A DNA stretch of 47,961 nucleotides from Octopus bimaculoides (Eukaryota). Positions 24,953 to 35,980 of the stretch are shown piece by piece. Under the pieces are notes generated by a model. It saw only the letters and a list, made by a program, of their open reading frames with translations. It was not told where the DNA came from and did not search any database. The translations under genes and the position numbers were made by a program. The stretch covers positions 15,456,770-15,504,730 of the forward strand of contig NC_068991.1 in the NCBI RefSeq assembly GCF_001194135.2, given 5' to 3'. Numbering within the stretch: the first letter of the stretch is position 1; the number at the start of each line of letters is the position of its first letter.

Positions 24953-25669
24953 TAATAATACCCATCGTCTCGGTTGTGCATGGGAATCCAGCAGGAAAGT
25001 TTATTGACAGTTTCTTCTGACAGGACCCTATGGAGGGAGAAAATGCATGACAGGACCCTATGGAGCAAAAGCATAAGGATTCTACCCCCCCCCCCNNNNN
25101 NNNNNAGCAAAAGCATAAGGATTCTACCCCCCCCCCCGCCTCACCCTGTGACTTTTCAAGAAATAGTGAGTAACGAAAATGGATGGATGGAAAACAACTT
25201 GTTAAATAAATATATTTCTGTCACAATTATTCCTACTGTTACATACCCTTCTGCTGTCACACAAATTTGACCATGTCACATTTCACTCAGTCACATTAAT
25301 CCCTGCTGTTACTCATTCTATTCCAATGGAATATTCCATATGCTGTCACTCAAATTTTACTGTCACACTTCACTCTATTGTCTTGTCACATTACTCTCAG
25401 TTAACACACTAATCTGTTTCTGTCACAATATGTTCTGCTGTTACATGTCCTACTATTCTGGATACTATTAAACAAAAGAGTTCCTATTGTCAAACCTTAT
25501 CCAAAAATTGTTTCTGCAATCAAAAAAATGTTATGTTTGATTCAATTATTTCTCTTTAAACTGATACTACATTTTGTTACAATATTCTGTTACAAATTCT
25601 GTTATAGTTACCCCTTCTGTCTCATAAAGCTGATCTGATTCTGTTACATATTTTTTCTCACTCTTGGCA

Positions 25670-25945
25670 CAAACTTGGTTGTGTGGTTAAGAGGTTTGCT
25701 TCACAACCACATGGTTTCAGGTTCAATATCACTGCTAAACACTTTGAACAAGTGTCTTTTACTAAAACCACGAGCCAATCAATATAAACAACGAGCTGTT
25801 CTGTTCCCACCTACCAAATACTCTCACAAGGATTTGGTCAGATCAGGGGCAAAACACACTTGCCGAAGGTGACATGCAGTGAGATTGAACCTGAAGCCAT
25901 GTGGTTAGAAATCAATCTTCTTAACTACACAGCTATGCCATGCCT
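25670..25945. mobile_element. Two SINE-A heads in inverted orientation (25670-25790 +, 25800-25945 -)
   Basis: Both match the type A head. Confidence 0.65.
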
Positions 25946-26272
25946 ACACCTATATACATATATTAATATGTAGCAGAAGCAACGGAGTGACTCAAGGGCT
26001 GAGAATTTTGTGTGTTGGCACTTATCAAAAGCTCTCGGCCCTTTGATAAATGTACAAAACTGAAATTTAGTACCACTCAACCAAAACTCTTGAAAGTGAT
26101 GCCATAGCATGGTTGAAACCAATAAAGGAATAATATAATTGAAGAAAAGACTATAATGTTTTGCTCAAAAATGATATTGGGGTTACACATTGGTGTTAGC
26201 TCACTGTGCTGGCCTCTGTGATAAATAGTAAAGATATATCTCAAATCTTATTCTTCATTTGTTTCTTTCCAG

Positions 26273-26869
26273 GCTCCACTGAAATCAATAGTGCAGGAGG
26301 TGCAGAGACAAGCTGCTGCAGCTGCTGCCGTCGCTGCAACATCTATTGTAAGCACGTTGACCACGACAACCAGCATGACGACAGGAATCTCACTGTCTGT
26401 AGATGGCCAGACGGCTTCTCTGTCCCAAGTCCACTCTGCTGCCCCACTCTCGGCTACCGCCCAGACACATGCTCTTGCACCGCTCTCAGACAGCAGAACA
26501 CGCATGCGGATATGTACAAAGGAGATCGTTTGCCTCCTGCCAACCTGCATCACTTCTATACCAATCCCAAGAAGGTACACCCGGCGCATTCTAGCTGAGA
26601 AGGGTCTCGTTCAAAAGATACGTATCGCCACCTATTGGACAGAAGAACAAATTAAAACCGAAATCTCATCTCTGTTTCGTAAGCCCTACGGACTTCAACA
26701 GGGCGAAATCCTTCCGTTTGACTATCTATGTACAAAGCCAAACTGTAAACGACTGGTCAGAGCTTCAGCATCCGATTCCGTCCAGTGGGGTGGTCAAGAG
26801 GTCGCTAGGTTGGCTGGCCAGGGGTGTCTATACATAGTTTCCAGGATTCCATTATACACAAATACAATG
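26273..26869 (+). CDS. Internal coding exon B (199 aa, phase 0-0): Ala/Thr/Ser-rich linker plus domain copy 2
   Basis: Acceptor ttcatttgtttctttccAG at 26271-26272; open frame APLKSIVQEVQRQAAAAAA...GQGCLYIVSRIPLYTNTM; donor ATG|GTGAGT at 26870. Residues 26507-26854 are 66/116 identical to exon A by hand count. Confidence 0.85.
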
Positions 26870-26896
26870 GTGAGTGAAGCATGTTTGCATTTTTAT

Positions 26897-26947
<51 letters not shown>

Positions 26948-27001
26948 ATGTATTTATAATGTATGTTGGGCTTTGTTTGTCTGTTCTGTTATTTTTCACA
27001 G

Positions 27002-27007
27002 GTTTAA
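27002..27007 (+). CDS. Candidate terminal exon start (Val-stop) after a 132-nt intron
   Basis: Strong acceptor tttgtttgtctgttctgttatttttcacAG (27000-27001); phase 0 from exon B reads GTT TAA. No transcript evidence. Confidence 0.25.
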   Translation, partial: V

Positions 27008-27508
27008 TTTCAAGCAAGGAGTCAAAGATGGCCAACCAAGTTGTTTAAAGGATTATCATGCTGCCAAACGAAGTGATCAAAGATTCATATCATATAGATA
27101 TCTCATCACAGAGTTTGCACTCATCTCCATGGGCCCTAAACCTAGAGTCTTCAACATTTGCTGCCTCATTTGACTTGGTTATTAATAAGTACCATGGGGT
27201 GTGGTGTAAGGTGCAAGTTATTCGCTTAAGGGAGTCAGTAAAAGAAATGTGAGGACTGGTTTTTCAAATGTTTTTTAATGATTTCGTTAGCTTGTGAGGT
27301 GAAGGGCAAATAGATTTTTGTCTCTCACTGGTTCAAGTGACCTAGCTGTTGACCGGTAGCCCATAGGTATTGGACAAGAAAATCATATCTCAACAACTGA
27401 ATATTTAATGAAATTGCGGGCCGTATAATTGTTTGAATAATGTGTTTTAAGTGCTTGTAATATTCAATGAACCTTTACCAGGCTTGGTTGACTGAGCAAC
27501 TTTTAGAC

Positions 27509-27804
27509 CAGGGGTTTTCAAACTGTGGTCCGCGGACCACAGGGGTCCGCAAGGACAAGACAGGGGGTCCGTAGACAGCAAATACTTTTTATGGGCAATT
27601 TGATTTTATATATGTTTTTTAATCTAAATCTTTTAATTGACAATAAACCTATTTGTTAAATACTGCTAAATAAATAAATGTAAAAATATATGTTATTTTA
27701 AGCAAATATTTATGTATAAATTTCATAAGCGTTTATAAGAGGGTCCCTAAGGTAAAGCCTGAAATATAAAGGGGTCCGCAAGTCAAAAAGTTTGAAAACC
27801 CCTG
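27509..27804. mobile_element. hAT (Charlie-like) MITE (296 bp)
   Basis: 15-bp TIRs CAGGGGTTTTCAAAC...GTTTGAAAACCCCTG; 8-bp TSD ttttagac/ctttagac; repeated subterminal GGGGTCCGC. Confidence 0.85.
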
Positions 27805-28153
27805 CTTTAGACATCATGAAGGTAGAAGGGAGTTATATGTAGAAGGGAGTTATATATTTTATCGAAATCCTTCCAGTATAGCTTAGTTAAGCTATACACA
27901 AAAAAAAAAATCAACAGAGAACAAGAGTGTGTCGATATAGAATTTATTTTGTTACGTTTGGTTATACACCATGAGGGTGAAAGCAATTGGCTGACTGGTG
28001 CCACAGAGAAGTCCTGCTAACCAAAAGTCCCTTCACTGCCGACCAGCTCACTAGCTAGCCTGCAGTGAAGTTCCTGTCTACAGTTTGTCTGTTATAAGTC
28101 CTTGAGCAGTGCACGACACAAGAACAATTCATATATTTTCACACATACACATA

Positions 28154-28988
28154 AAGCCAGTATGCTCCGTTGGATGTGTAATGTCAATGTGAATACCCGT
28201 CAGAGTGTAAGTATCTTGAGAGAAAAGCTGAACATTAGAAGCATCAGTTGTGGTGTGCAAGAGAGACGATTGCGCTGGTATGGACATGTGGTGAGAATGG
28301 ATGAGGATAGCTGCGTGAAAAAGTGCCACACCCTAACAGTTGAGGGAACCCGTGGAAGAGGTAGGCCAAGGAAGACCTGGGCTGAGGTGGTGAGGCAAGA
28401 CCTTCGTACATTGGGCCTCACCGAGGCGATGACTACTGACCGAGACCTTTGGAAATGTGCTGTGCGNNNNNNNNNNNNNNNNNNNNNNNNNNNNNNNNNN
28501 NNNNNNNNNNNNNNNNNNNNNNNNNNNNNNNNNNNNNNNNNNNNNNNNNNNNNNNNNNNNNNNNNNNNNNNNNNNNNNNNNNNNNNNNNNNNNNNNNNNN
28601 NNNNNNNNNNNNNNNNNNNNNNNNNNNNNNNNNNNNNNNNNNNNNNNNNNNNNNNNNNNNNNNNNNNNNNNNNNNNNNNNNNNNNNNNNNNNNNNNNNNN
28701 NNNNNNNNNNNNNNNNNNNNNNNNNNNNNNNNNNNNNNNNNNNGCGGGTGGCACATAAAAGACACCATTTCGAGCGTGGCCGTTTTCGTGCGGGTGACAC
28801 GTAAAAGCACCCACTACACTCTCTGAGTGGTTGGCGTTAGGAAGGGCATCCAGCTGTAGAAACTCTGCCAAATTAGATTGGAGCCTGGTCTTGCTATCCG
28901 GTTTCACCAGTCCTCAGTCAAATCGTCCAACCCATGCTAGCATGGAAAGCGGACGTTAAACGATGATGATGATGATGATGATGATGAT
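28154..28988 (+). mobile_element. 5'-truncated RTE-clade LINE (RT C-terminus, 3' UTR, (GAT)n tail), gap inside
   Basis: SMLRWMCNV...LRWYGHVVRMDEDSCVKKCHTLTVEGTRGRGRPRKTWAEVVRQDL; ends GCATGGAAAGCGGACGTTAAAC(GAT)n. Confidence 0.9.
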
Positions 28989-29151
28989 CTACACAGATGC
29001 ACACACCCACTCTTACACACACAGAAGTACAAATAAATATAGACACATATATCTACTCACTTGCTTCACACCCACTTATCATATTTGTCTCCTAAGTCAC
29101 TCCTTAAACCAAACAATCAGATGTCTTTTTTATTATTTGCTGAATCTGTAG

Positions 29152-29193
29152 GTAGGGGTAGAGCCCATGATCCTTGCACCCCCTCTGAGACAG
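29152..29193 (+). CDS. Candidate 42-nt phase 0-0 micro-exon (VGVEPMILAPPLRQ)
   Basis: T-rich tract then ctgtAG (29150-29151); donor CAG|GTGAGA at 29194; open in phase 0. Could be chance. Confidence 0.22.
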
Positions 29194-29662
29194 GTGAGAT
29201 TGATAGCATTAATATTCCATTTAAACTTCTGCAAGGAAGTTTCCAATTGTTCTAATATTCTTTGAAGAAAGAACTAGGCACAGTTGTTTGAGCAGGCTTT
29301 GGATGCAAAAGGACCTTGGAAGTGAATGAAGACCATCTCATCTAGCCCTGCCTTTTCTTTTCCAAACACTTATAGAAGCTACCATATCAACAGCTAGAAA
29401 TTTGACCATTACAAGAACGTAAAATACTTTGACTTCTAGTCAGAGAAGATGCATGGTCAACCTCATAAATAGCTGTTGCATTTTTTTATGATAAAGATAC
29501 AATCATGTGTGTGTGTGTGTGTCTGTGTGCGTGTGTGTGTCTGTGTGTGTGTGTGTGTCTGTGTGCGTGTGTGTGTCTGTGTGCGTGTGTGTGTGTGCAT
29601 TATTGATGCCGGAAAACCTTCACAAATTGTTACTCAGCTTCATATAAACATTTAATTATATA

Positions 29663-30105
29663 TATCATCATCATCATCATCATCGTTTAACATCCGCTTT
29701 CCATGCTAGCATGGGTTGAATGATTTGACTGAGGACTGGCAAGCCAGAAGGCTGCACCAGGCTCCAATCTGATCTNNNNNNNNNNACTGGCAAGCCAGAA
29801 GGCTGCACCAGGCTCCAATCTGATCTGGCAGAGTTTCTACAGCTGGATGCCCTTCCTAACGCCAACCACTCCGAGAGTGTAGTGGGTGCTTTTATGTGCC
29901 ACTGGGACGAGGGCCAGTCACATGGCACTGGCAATGGCCACGCTCAAAAAGGTGTTTTTTATGTGCTACCTGCACGGGAGCCAGTCCAGCGGCACTGGCA
30001 ATGACCTCACTTGAATGATTTTCTAATGTGCCACCAGCGCAAGTGCTAGAAGGCAACGCTGGTAACGATTACACTCTAATGATGCTATTTATGAGCCACT
30101 AGCAC
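29663..30105 (-). mobile_element. RTE 3' UTR fragment
   Basis: Shared tail core; small gap with flanking overlap. Confidence 0.85.
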
Positions 30106-30359
30106 TATACATATATATATGTATATATATATATATATATAGGTTATGAGCGATAGTGGTGTCAATTAGATCCAAGGGTTTCAAGTAATGCTGAGTAAAG
30201 TGCTATGGATAGACCACAGTTAAGCCTCAGGTTCGGAGACTATGCGAATAAGGGGTCCAATGTAGGTACTATATCAGCGTGTGAATATCAGGATTTACTT
30301 TTTGTAATGAGATAAAAAACCAAGGCTGTGTATAATATAGAATGTAACCTGGTGCAAGG

Positions 30360-30560
30360 TTACTGGACATGCAGAAGACAGCACTTTTTGGTACAGCAAG
30401 GATCTTAAGGAAAGTCTTGTCTGTTTAAGGCACAGGAGAGGAAGGAGTAAAGGACTTTTGTCTCAGCTTGGTGTTGACTACTCCCTAACTGAAATTGTCC
30501 AGACCATTCCACATCTAAGTGTCTGAAATTTACAAAAATGAAGCATAATAATTTAGGTCA
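30360..30560 (+). mobile_element. Second, diverged R4/Dong-like 3' end
   Basis: MQKTALFGTARILRKVLSV* (30369-30428), then UTR ending in ATAATAAT. Confidence 0.6.
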
Positions 30561-30709
30561 GGAAAGATTATTAGGAGAGTTCTAAGTATTTGAAGGACTA
30601 TTGAGAGCTAGTGGATATCTAAGGTTACAGTTAGTAACTGGCTACCCACATAGATCCTGCCAGGAATATGCCAAACTTGTGTCAAATTAATAATGATAAT
30701 AATAATAAT

Positions 30710-30895
30710 CCTTTCTACTAAAGGCACAAGGCTTGAAATTTGTGGGGAGGGAACTAGTCCATTATATTGACCCCAGTGCATAACTGGTACTTATTTTATC
30801 AATCTTGAAAGGATGAAAGGCAGAGTCAACCTCAGTGGAATTAGAACTCAGAATGTAAAAGACAGACAAAATGCCGCTAAGCATTTTGCCTGGCA
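30710..30895 (-). mobile_element. SINE type B variant (similar copies at ~18790-18980, 36625-36790, 37710-37840, 40590-40690, 47660-47800)
   Basis: Shared core GAAAGGATGAAAGGC..AGTCAACCTC..GGAATT.GAACTCAG. Confidence 0.75.
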
Positions 30896-31039
30896 AAGCT
30901 TGTTGTACACACACACACATACATAACATGTGTATATGTATGCTGCAGTGTGTATCCCCAACCACGTGATGTTAGTTTGTTTACATCCCTATAACACTGT
31001 GGTTTGACAAAAAGAAAAAATAAGTACAGGGTTTCAGTG

Positions 31040-31355
31040 AAGATGCGTGGCATGGTGGTTAGGGTATTTGGTACATGACCGTAAAGTCGTGAGTTCGAAA
31101 ACTGACAGTGCATTGAGTCCTTGAGCAAAACACTTTATTTCATATTGTTCCAGTCCACTCAGCTGGCAAAAATGAGCAGTACCTGTATTTCGAATGACCA
31201 GCCTTGTCACACTCTGTATCATGCTGAATCTCCCAGAGAATTATGTTAAGAGTACGCATGTCTGAGGAGTACTCAGCCACTTGAATGTTAATTTCATGAG
31301 CAGGCTGATCTGTTGATTAGATCAACTAGAACTTTCATCATCGTAACCAACAAAG
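31040..31355 (+). mobile_element. SINE type E (own head and core, D-type 3' half); other copies ~1727-1915, 18395-18560, 19980-20135, 23437-23715, 44478-44790
   Basis: Core TCCTTGAGCAAAACACTTTATTTCA...CCACTCAGCTGG, then CCTTGTCACACTCTGT... as in type D. Confidence 0.75.
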
Positions 31356-31532
31356 TACTAATTACATGGCATCAGTTTGTTCACCTAAAAACCTTCACAG
31401 CTGTGCTACAGTATGGCTGTAGGCCAATGACTGAGACCTGTAAAAGATAATTACCACATAAGCATAGCTTCACACACACGCATATCCCCCACCGGGGCTT
31501 TTAAATAATTTTACAAGGCTCTGATGCTCTAA

Positions 31533-31760
31533 CGTTTCTTATTTCTTTATTGCCCACTAGGAGCTAAACATAGAGGGGACAAACAAGGACAGACAAAGGG
31601 ATTAAGTCGATTACATCAACCCCAGTGCGTAACTGGTACTTAATTTATCGACCCCGAAAGGATGAAAGGCAAAGTCAACCTCGGTGAAATTTGAACTCAG
31701 AACGTAACGGCAGACAAAATACCGTTAAGCATTTCGCCCGGCGTGCTAACGATTCTGCCA
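31533..31760 (-). mobile_element. SINE type B, full length
   Basis: Near-identical reverse complement of 4169-4406. Confidence 0.88.
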
Positions 31761-32106
31761 ATCCACATCCTTTAATTATCACAGTCTTTCCCCTTGTTAT
31801 CCACAGCATGGTGACACGGTGATCGGGGCTCTTAATCCTCTATATCTGAATCATTTATTTCACATCTGTCTTTTTTTTCCAGAGTAGCATGGGTTAGATG
31901 AATATATTATTGAAGCATTGTTTTACAAGATGCCCTTCCTGTCACCAAACCTTAGCGGTTTCTCAAGATAGGGAGCTCTCATTTTGCACATCTCTGCTGA
32001 CATGAGTTGGATAGGAGCCCCAGCTTCCATAGTCTGTTTTGGCTTGGTTTCTATAGCTGGATGCCCTTCATAATGCCAACATAGGGTGTTCCAGTAGCCA
32101 CCCTGT

Positions 32107-32533
32107 TGACTCAGGGCAGCACTACCTCCTCCAGGCACTTGATGTAGGCCTCCGTGTTAAGTGTAAGGTCATGTAGGAAGATGAACGGAGGCATAACGTC
32201 GCCATCACTAGTGATCACTCCAAACACCACTATGTTGACTGAATGTTTGATTTTTATCACTCTTGCTACATGTCCTCAGATTGCACTGTCCTCAGTTTGA
32301 CACCCAAACACTCTGAAATGTTCGTATTGACGCTTCCTGTGTGAATGCCAAGCAGTACAGCATGTCGTTCCCAAATTTCTGGCAGAGTGAATTGTGTCAC
32401 GGTGCCATTTTTCTTACAGATGGTGCCCAGCTGACCCTACTATACCGTGTAGTCGACAAAATCAAAAACAAACTGTGCGCATGTGCGAAATTAAAAATAT
32501 AAAATGGTAACAATTTACCCATCGCACCCTCTC
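32107..32533 (-). mobile_element. Internally deleted IS630/Tc1/mariner element (left end, HTH remnant, DDE remnant)
   Basis: Minus strand: TA then terminus GAGAGGGTGCGATGGG; peptide LPEIWERHAVLLGIHTGSVNTNISECLGVKLRTVQ joined to KHSVNIVVFGVITSDGDVMPPFIFLHDLTLNTEAYIKCLEEVVLP. Confidence 0.75.
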
Positions 32534-32613
32534 TATTCCCAAGCATTAAACTAATACATCCTTTTGTTGTTTACACCACCTGTCCTCGTCTGTTGTTTTT
32601 TTCATAAATTCTC

Positions 32614-32645
<32 letters not shown>

Positions 32646-33438
32646 NNNNNNNNNNNNNNNNNNNNNNNNNNNNNNNNNNNNNNNNNNNNNNNNNNNNNNN
32701 NNNNNNNNNNNNNNNNNNNNNNNNNNNNNNNNNNNNNNNNNNNNNNNNNNNNNNNNNNNNNNNNNNNNNNNNNNNNNNNNNNNNNNNNNNNNNNNNNNNN
32801 NNNNNNNNNNNNNNNNNNNNNNNNNNNNNNNNNNNNNNNNNNNNNNNNNNNNNNNNNNNNNNNNNNNNNNNNNNNNNNNNNNNNNNNNNNNNNNNNNNNN
32901 NNNNNNNNNNNNNNNNNNNNNNNNNNNNNNNNNNNNNNNNNNNNNNNNNNNNNNNNNNNNNNNNNNNNNNNNNNNNNNNNNNNNNNNNNNNNNNNNNNNN
33001 NNNNNNNNNNNNNNNNNNNNNNNNNNNNNNNNNNNNNNNNNNNNNNNNNNNNNNNNNNNNNNNNNNNNNNNNNNNNNNNNNNNNNNNNNNNNNNNNNNNN
33101 NNNNNNNNNNNNNNNNNNNNNNNNNNNNNNNNNNNNNNNNNNNNNNNNNNNNNNNNNNNNNNNNNNNNNNNNNNNNNNNNNNNNNNNNNNNNNNNNNNNN
33201 NNNNNNNNNNNNNNNNNNNNNNNNNNNNNNNNNNNNNNNNNNNNNNNNNNNNNNNNNNNNNNNNNNNNNNNNNNNNNNNNNNNNNNNNNNNNNNNNNNNN
33301 NNNNNNNNNNNNNNNNNNNNNNNNNNNNNNNNNNNNNNNNNNNNNNNNNNNATATACACCCATATGTATATATATATACACGCACATATATGTATGTGTA
33401 TATATATATGTATGCATGTATGTATATATATATATATA

Positions 33439-33481
<43 letters not shown>

Positions 33482-33895
33482 CGGATGTAGAGGGATGTCA
33501 GTTTTGTGTGAGGTTGTTAAGAGGGGGACGAGGGGTTTGCAACAAGGAGAGATATGGAAAGTGGGTATGTGGAAGGGGTGGAAGATTTGTTAATCCCCCC
33601 CCCCCTCGCCGAATATCTTGTGTTGGAGCAGCTAAACTAACGAAAATATCTAAATGTGGCAACCACTTTGATTAATTAATTACCGCAGTTAACCTCCTCA
33701 CCTCCTGTTACCCCCACTCTGCCAACACCACCTTCCACACGCACGATCTGGATCTCAGTGGCGAGGGGGCAAGCCAACACCTACAATAACATCAACGGCA
33801 TCGTTGTTGTTATTGTTGTTATTGTTAACAAAACTCTAATTGGAAAAGCTTGGGATATCACAGCTGTTATCAACATCATTATCACCATTGTCATT

Positions 33896-33936
<41 letters not shown>

Positions 33937-34075
33937 AATTATCATCATCATCATCATCATCATCATCAGTTAATTATCATCACTCTTGTTGTCATCCTTG
34001 TTGTTAATTATCTTCAAAATAACTATTACTATCAACATTATTAATCATCTTTGTAATCAACATTATCATCATCAA

Positions 34076-34106
<31 letters not shown>

Positions 34107-34269
34107 GTCATCATAGTTTCTTACTTAGGAACAAGAGTCGCAATTCTGAGAGGTGGGAGTTAACTGATTAAATCAGCCCCTGTACTTAAACTAGTACTTT
34201 ATTTTATTTATGCCAAAAGGATGAAAGACAAAATTGGCCTCGGTGGGATTTGAACTCAGAATGTAAAGA

Positions 34270-34590
34270 TCCCAGCATGGCTGTGTGGTTAAGTTTGTTT
34301 CCCACCCACATGGTTCTGGGTTCAGTCCCATTGCATAGTGTACCTTCTTGAGGCAAGTGTCTTTTATCATAGCCTTGGGCCAACCAAGGCCTTGTGAGTG
34401 GATTTGGTAAATGGAAACTGAAAGAAGCCCATCGTGTGTGTCCTTGTGTCTGTGTTTGTCTCACCCCACCACTTGACAACTGATAGAATAAGTATCAAGC
34501 TTGAAGAAAATATAACTATAAGAGTCAATTCGTTCAACTAAGGTTCTTCAAGGTGATGCCCCAGCCTGGCCATAGTCTAATGGCTAAAAC
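34270..34590 (+). mobile_element. SINE type A (internally deleted)
   Basis: TGGCTGTGTGGTTAAG head; partial body. Confidence 0.7.
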
Positions 34591-35636
34591 ATCTTCATCA
34601 TCATCATAATCAACAGCATTAGACAGCTGACCTCAGTGATGACTGGCAAGCTGGATGTGTGAGTCGAAGCATTACCATTTAAGCATAACTTCACACACCC
34701 CTCCTGGGGCTTTTTTTAAAAAATGATTTTGGGTTAAACTTGTTCGTTGTGGTTTCTGGAGGGAAGGACTAAATGTTTTGGTTTCAAAACTGACCCTCCT
34801 GCTTCAACAACAGGAACAACATCAATAACATCATTCAATATTAGAAACAGAGAGAGAGAGAGAGATCTACATGGTCACTGGGCCTGCTAGAAACAGCAGC
34901 GACATCTCCTTCAAATAACACCTTACACATGCACACACACATCATCATCATCATCATCATCATCATAGTTATCATCATTGGCATTTAATGTCTGCTTTCC
35001 ATACTGGGGTGGGTTGTATGGTTTGACAAGTGCTAGCAAGCCAGAAGACTGCACCAAGCTCTCTTGGCTGTTTTGGCATGGTTTCTAGGTTTGGATGCCC
35101 TTACCAACACCAGCCACTTTACAGAGTGTACTGGATGCATTTTTTTTTTTTTTTTTTTTTTTTTTGTGGCACCAGCTCTAGTCAGGTCACCCAGTTACTT
35201 GCAAGACAGGACCCCTCAACTGAGTGGGGTTGGAGAGTAGTATTGAGGGGAGTAGCTTGTGCCAGGTGATGAGAGATTAGTGAATGACAGAGGGACAGAA
35301 ACAGGTATCTTGCTGTAGTGGTGATACATGGCTGCCCTTGTTGAGAAAAGAGGGAGAAGAGAGATAGAAGATGGTAAAGATGATGTGTCAGAGCATATTC
35401 TCAGGCAAATGTATATACGTGAACTGGTACAGAGAACTGAAAACATTGAGCGGACAGGTAAGTTCGTCAGAGTGAGAAAGGAAAGTGGGAGAAGGACAGG
35501 GAGAGGACAATGAGGGGGTGTTGGGAAGATATGTTGTGGGGGAGGGGGAGTTTTATCAGGGACAGATTATATGCAGGGGCAGAGACATAAATGACGTATG
35601 TTTAGGACCTTAGTTTTATTTAGAATTAACTGTATG

Positions 35637-35980
35637 GATGACTAGACCATATTCCACTTCACCAGATATTTTAAGCATTTCATTTGTAATTCTTCATGGA
35701 CCAAGGGTTTTCCTTGTCTTTATATCCTCAATAGCTTTATCTATAATACTGCTGTCAGCTCAGTTAGCTGCTCCCTCTCTAGGGCCCATATTAGGAAGAT
35801 TCTTCTTCTCCCATACATTCTCCTCATTTAGTAGCCTTTCACAGTGGCACTTCCACGCCTCTTTCTTTTCAAAATCACTAAGTGCAAGTGTTTCTTCATC
35901 CATTTGTGCACACTTCTCTCTCAGATCATCATGATTCTACTTGCTCTGTAGATATTCATAGATTTCCCCATGTATATCTG
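35637..35980 (-). mobile_element. RTE LINE ORF fragment (pre-RT linker and RT start)
   Basis: Minus: KKEAWKCHCERLLNEENVWEKKNLP...IDKAIEDIKTRKTLGP*RITNEMLKISGEVEYGLV, with in-frame stops. Confidence 0.75.

Noticed and set aside
35328-35457. Possible exon MAALVEKRG...ERT with a perfect CAG|GTAAGT donor
   Set aside because: Lies in purine-rich, repeat-derived sequence, the acceptor is weak, phase 1 does not fit exons A/B, and the peptide is unrecognisable.
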